A stretch of DNA of 64,000 nt, taken from assembly GCA_951406725.2 (NCBI GenBank), contig OX597817.1, forward strand, positions 103,726,001-103,790,000, read 5' to 3'. The notes under the pieces were generated by a model. That model saw nothing but the letters and a program-made list of their open reading frames with translations. It did no database searches and was not told where the DNA came from. Both the position numbers and the translations under genes were made by a program. The stretch is from Octopus vulgaris (Eukaryota). Every line of letters begins with the position of its first letter. Position 1 is the first letter of the stretch. This document shows, in pieces, positions 58,260 through 64,000 of the stretch.

Positions 58260-58819
58260 AATATATATATTATATATATGATAATTATATATTATATATA
58301 TTATATATATTACATATATATATATATAATATATCATATATATATAATATATATATATAATATATTATATATATAATATGTATATTGCATATATTATAAA
58401 TTATATTTTAATTAATTCTAACTTATTTTTTTAAACAGGAATATATTTAAGATATTTCGTATCTTACAAGATTATTTACGTATATTTATTAATTTATCTA
58501 ATTAATTGTTTAATTATTGTTGTTATCTATATTTATATTGAAGTGATTTTACTACTACTATTATTTTTACTATTATCATTTTTTAAATATAGCCACGAAA
58601 CACGTGTCGCTTTTCTACCAAATATATACGTTTTATTTATTATTTTGCACATTACTTAATCATCGTTATGTGTTTTATCTTATATTTAACCTTTCTATAA
58701 TATGTAACTTTTCTAAATGGTATAATGTAATTTTTCCTTATTGAATTGATAAAAGGTGGCCCTTTTTTCTAATTTATATATATATATTATATTTTGTGAA
58801 ATTTGATTTAGTATTTCTC

Positions 58820-58990
58820 AACTGAATTTTTCCCTGTAAGTTTGGAATAATATTCCCTCATACGGTCTTTCAAAATGTGACCTCGTGTGTACCGTTGGCG
58901 ATTTTTTTTCCTCTGTCTTCCCTTCACGGGATCTTTCCTTCTCCTATGTTACCGACGAAGAGCTCCGCTCGAAACGTTAAACCCTCCTTC
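58820..58990 (+). repeat. PLE-tail-like repeat with minimal hammerhead-like motif (58948-58982)
   Basis: gtta CCGACGA AGAGC TCC GCTC GAAA CGTT AAAC. Confidence 0.6.
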
Positions 58991-58991
58991 T

Positions 58992-61250
58992 TCCCTCAGG
59001 CATTTAGGGAGGATGTTAAAGAGCTGTGGTCCTCTGAAACCCAAGCTGTTGCAGTATCTGGACCTGTATTTTGATGGTGATGTTTGAATCTTTAGCACCA
59101 TGCAGTGGCGCCCCGTTCTACGGTTGGGGTAACTTTGAATGCCAAAGTTTGGGACAAGACCTTCCAGGATTTTCCAGATGTATATCACCGCATATCTCTC
59201 CCGCCTCCGCTCTAGGGAGAAGAGGTTTGATACTTTCAGTCTTTCCCAGTAGCTGATATTTTGCATTGAGACGATTTTCTTTGTGTAGCTTCTCTGAATT
59301 GCTTCGAGTTCTGCTGTTAGTTTTATATTGTGTGGTGACCATAGTTGGGAGCAGTAGTCCAAGCGGCTGAGGACGAATGTTTTCCATAGGACCATCAGTG
59401 TCTCCTTCTCTCTTGTTCTGAAAGTTCGGAGAATCCATCCAGCTAGCCGTCTGCATTTTATCACCAGATTAGTAAAATGCACTTGGAAAGATGCATCATT
59501 GCTCATGTCAATGCCCAGGTCACGCACTGATTTTGACTCAGGGATTGCAATTCTTCCTGGGCCAGTGTATCCAGTCTGCACGTCGTTTACCTTTGTGTGC
59601 CGGTAACGCAGGGCCTGGAACTTACCTGCATTAAACTGCATGTTGTTGTCCTCCGCCCATCTGTATATTTTATCCAGCTCCTGTTGCAGATGCGCAATAT
59701 TTTCAGGGTTTTGTATTGTTTGGGAGACTTTTGTGTCATCTGCATAGCTAGCAAGGGTGACCATCGTAGCAACTGAAGGCATGTCTGAAAGGGCCACTAT
59801 GAACATCAGTGGTCCCAAGACAGTGCCCTGTGGAACACCGCTTGTTATTTGTGTTTCCTTGGAGGTGGCTCCATTGCTCACAACTGCCTGTTTTCTGTCT
59901 TTTAGGAAGTTGTGCAGCCACTCTCCAAGTTTTCCGCCTATGCCGAGACCACGCAGTTTGTGACAGATCATACCATGGTCGACTTTATCAAAGGCTTTTG
60001 CAAAGTCGAGATATATTACATCCACATTTGAGCCATTTAGTAGCTGTTTTAATACCCAGTCAAAGTGTTGCAGGAGCTGTGTTAGGCAGCTTCTACCTGG
60101 TCGAAATCCATGCTGGGTGTCAGACAGCAAGTCATTTTCTTCAAGGAACATGATTAGTTTCTTGCGGACTATTCGTTCCATGACTTTGCTGATGTGTGAG
60201 GTCAGAGAGATAGGTCTATAATTTTTAGCATCTGCTCTGCTACCTCCCTTATGGATAGGGCATATTACCCCCTCTTTCAATTTGACTGGGAGCTTACCAC
60301 TTGCAAGAAAGCTCTGAAAAAGAAGCTGTAGCGGTTTTGCAAGGGCTCGTTTGCACGATTTGAGAAGGATCGCTGGGAATCCATCAGGTCCAGCAGCTGA
60401 GTTTGTGTCAATCTCATCTATGGCTAGTGTGATATCATCATCTTCGATGTTGATGTACTCAATTGGCCGCGGTAAAGTGGCAAAGAATTCTTCTGGGTTG
60501 TTTACTTGCCTGGGTCCCAGAGGTGTAGTGAACACACTTTGGAATTGTTCGTTCAGTATTTCACTTATCCTCGTGGGATTTCCTGTGAGAGAGCCATCTT
60601 TTTGGAAGAGAGGTCCTATTCTCTGGTGCACTGTGGCTGTCTCTTTGGCAAACTTAAAGAAAGCTTTAGGGTTTGATTTTATATTTTCTATTACCCAAGC
60701 TTCTTTATCTGCTCTCTCCTTTTCATGGGACTGATGCAGACTTTTCTCAATTTCCATTAGCATTCTCTCGAGCCGAGACTTCTCACCACTTTTGGTGTGC
60801 ATGCTCAGGCAGTTCGCAATCCTTGTCCGTCGTCTCATATGATCTTCCTTTCTCTAGGGATCCTGTCTTTGTTTTTGTGTGTGCTGGCCCTGTACACTGG
60901 GACATATTTGTCACATGTGGCTTGTATTATGGACATGAAGTGTTTTTTTGTTTCATGTTAATGTCCGGTGTGGAGAGACATTTAGGCCAATCCTGTTTGA
61001 GGATCTCTTTCTCAATCAACTTCCAGTTTGCTTTATGAAAGTTTAAGTTGGAGAGATGGTGGATGCTTCGTATAGGCTGTGTGTCTACGGGGGCTTTTGG
61101 TCCATACATAGACAGCTCTATTATGTTGTGATCCGAGATCATTGTCGGCATCACTTTAACATTATGGATAATATCCATATTGTCTGTGAAGCAGAGATCC
61201 AGTATATTATCTGCCCTTGTTGGTTGCAGAACTATTTGGTACATGAAAGA

Positions 61251-61254
<4 letters not shown>
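58992..61254 (-). mobile_element. Second CR1-group LINE copy, truncated at both ends
   Basis: 629-aa ORF nearly identical to 31443-33464; 5' end breaks in the APE C-terminus at a (TA)n tract; the 3' ~240 bp are missing. Confidence 0.95.
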
Positions 61255-62006
<752 letters not shown>

Positions 62007-62204
62007 AAATAAGCAACAAGAATGACTCCGGTAATTTGGTACGATCGTTTCGTACTACATTAAATGTTGTAAGTATTACAACAGATTTAAAATGCCGAGT
62101 ACTCATCAGCCAATTATAGAGGTTTTCCATTAATACAAAAATATTCATATCAAGTGGCAACATAAAAGAGAAGGTAGATACATAGACAAAAATGTGGATT
62201 TAAA

Positions 62205-62252
<48 letters not shown>

Positions 62253-62255
<3 letters not shown>

Positions 62256-63873
62256 TTGCGGCCAAAAATGTTCAGAACGGCATTGTTTTCGTCAGAAAAG
62301 TAAGTATAAGTTTTTATCAAAGTTGTTTTATATTTTATAATTTTCACAGACAATAAATACGATATTATTTGTTATTGCCTGAGATTTTGGTGTTAATTTG
62401 AGAGGATAATACAAAAGTTATGAATGATTTAGTGATTTACTGCAAAACCCATGGCGGCCAAAATGATCAGAACGGTTGCTTTTACTCTGTGTTTTATCAT
62501 ATTTAACTGGCGAACTCTAATGTTTTGAATTTGTTTACGTGACGGTTCGTTTACTAAACATTAGTAAGAATATTTGCAGTGTACTTTGTTAATATAATGC
62601 CACTTACTCCGTTACCAATTCGTCAGCAGATTATTAAGCTTCGAAGGAAGGATAATTTAAGTATTGGATCTATTGCAAAGATTGTTAACAAGTCTAAAAG
62701 TGTTGTACATGGTATTCTTAAGGTCTACGCTGATTGTGGTTCGTGTGAAGCAAGAAAGCTTACAGGTAGGCCAAGAAAAACGACCAAGAGTGAAGATCGT
62801 GCTATGGTAAAGTTGGTTAAAAAGGACAGATTTAAAACTGCTGCTGCTGTTTCTCGGAAAATGAGCATTGTATTAAAGAAAACGATCTCTCGAAAAACTG
62901 TGTCTCGTCGTTTAGTTGAACATGACCTACAAGCAAGAGCACCTGCAGTGAAGCCACTGATCAGCTCCAAGAAAAAAAGTGTCGTCTTACTTTTGCAACC
63001 GAACATGTGTTGTGGTCTCAAGAAAAATGGCAAACGGTGCATTTCAGTGATGAATCTAAGTTTATGTTATTTGGCTCAGATGGGAAAAGGTACGTTCGTC
63101 GAAAAATAGGTAAAAGATTGTCGCGTAAATGCCTTAAGACTAGTGTTAAATTCGGTGGAGGAAGTGTCATGATTTGGGGAATGATATCTGGCGATGGTGT
63201 GGGCCCTGTGGTGCGATTACATGAAAGTTAAATGCAGGAGTGTATAAACAACTTGTAAAAGATCATGTCTTGCCTGTGCTGAGAAATTCAACTAAGCGAC
63301 CATCCATATTCATGCAGGACAATGCCCCATGTCACAAGGCTAAGGTGGTCATGAACTTCCTCAAGGCTGAAAAGGTTATTGTTATGAATTGGCCTGCTCA
63401 AAGCCCAGATCTCAATCCTATTGAAAATGTGTGGAATATTTTAGGAGAACGTTCGAAAGCCAGAAATCCTAAAACAACTGAGCAATTATGGAATGTCCTT
63501 CAGGAAGAATGGAATAAGATCACCCAGCAAGAAATTGAAAATTTAATTTCCTCATGCAGTCGAAGATGTCAGAGTGTGATTGAAGCTAAAGGGCTTCACA
63601 CTAAATATTAAATAATTCCAGTATTCTCCGTCATTTTCGATTATTTTTTCAACCGTTCTGATCATTTTGGCCGCCATGGGTTTTGCAGTAAATCACTAAA
63701 TCATCCATAACGTTTGTATTATCCTCTCAAATTACACCAACATCTCAGACAATAACAATTAATATTGTATTTATTGTCTATGAAAATTATAGAATATAAA
63801 ACAACTTTGATAAAAACTTATACTTACTTTTCTGACGAAAACAATGCCGTTCTGAACATTTTGGCCGCAACTG
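62253..63873 (+). mobile_element. Tc1-family (DD34E) transposon with ~225-bp IR-DR termini and TA TSD
   Basis: TA|CAGTTGCGGCCAAAA ... TTTTGGCCGCAACTG|TA; TIRs ~62253-62478 and ~63650-63873, each with outer and inner gcggccaaaa(a)tg.tcagaacgg direct repeats. Confidence 0.95.
62597..63611 (+). pseudogene. Tc1 transposase with two frameshifts
   Basis: MPLTPLPIRQQIIKLRRK, GRPRKTT, FSDESKF, GGGSVMIWG, QDNAPCH, WPAQSPDLNPIENVW, GLHTKY*; frame breaks near 62975 (A-run) and 63225. Confidence 0.9.
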
Positions 63874-63896
63874 TATATGTTATATACATGTTTATT

Positions 63897-63929
<33 letters not shown>

Positions 63930-64000
63930 GTATATTTATATATGTTATTTATATATAGGAACGTCAACCTATATGTAAATTCGTCGCCACGCCAATATTT

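Overview
AT-rich, microsatellite-dense eukaryotic DNA. The repeat content (tRNA-head SINEs of the octopus OK/OR type, Nin/Deu-domain SINEs, very long (TA)n tracts) points to a coleoid cephalopod, probably Octopus; this is inferred from recognition, not from a search. Most of the window is transposon debris: Penelope-like elements (PLEs), two CR1-group LINE copies, a Tx1/L1-type LINE fragment, a Buster/Charlie-type hAT with an 8-bp TSD, a near-complete IR-DR Tc1, a mariner/maT remnant, Helitrons and many SINEs. There is a 100-N gap at 34367-34466. One host gene can be assembled on the minus strand from three phase-0 coding exons (23297-23061, 20999-20790, 7317-6997); the middle exon is absent from the ORF track. 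It encodes a 255-aa leaderless protein resembling aerolysin/ETX-MTX2 (LIN-24-/glabralysin-like) beta-pore-forming proteins. The window also holds about ten type-I hammerhead-ribozyme-like motifs in several families. Three of them lie in sense orientation inside the large intron of that gene, together with long inverted repeats. Almost all long ORFs in the ORF track with YI/CV/HT repeats are microsatellite artefacts.
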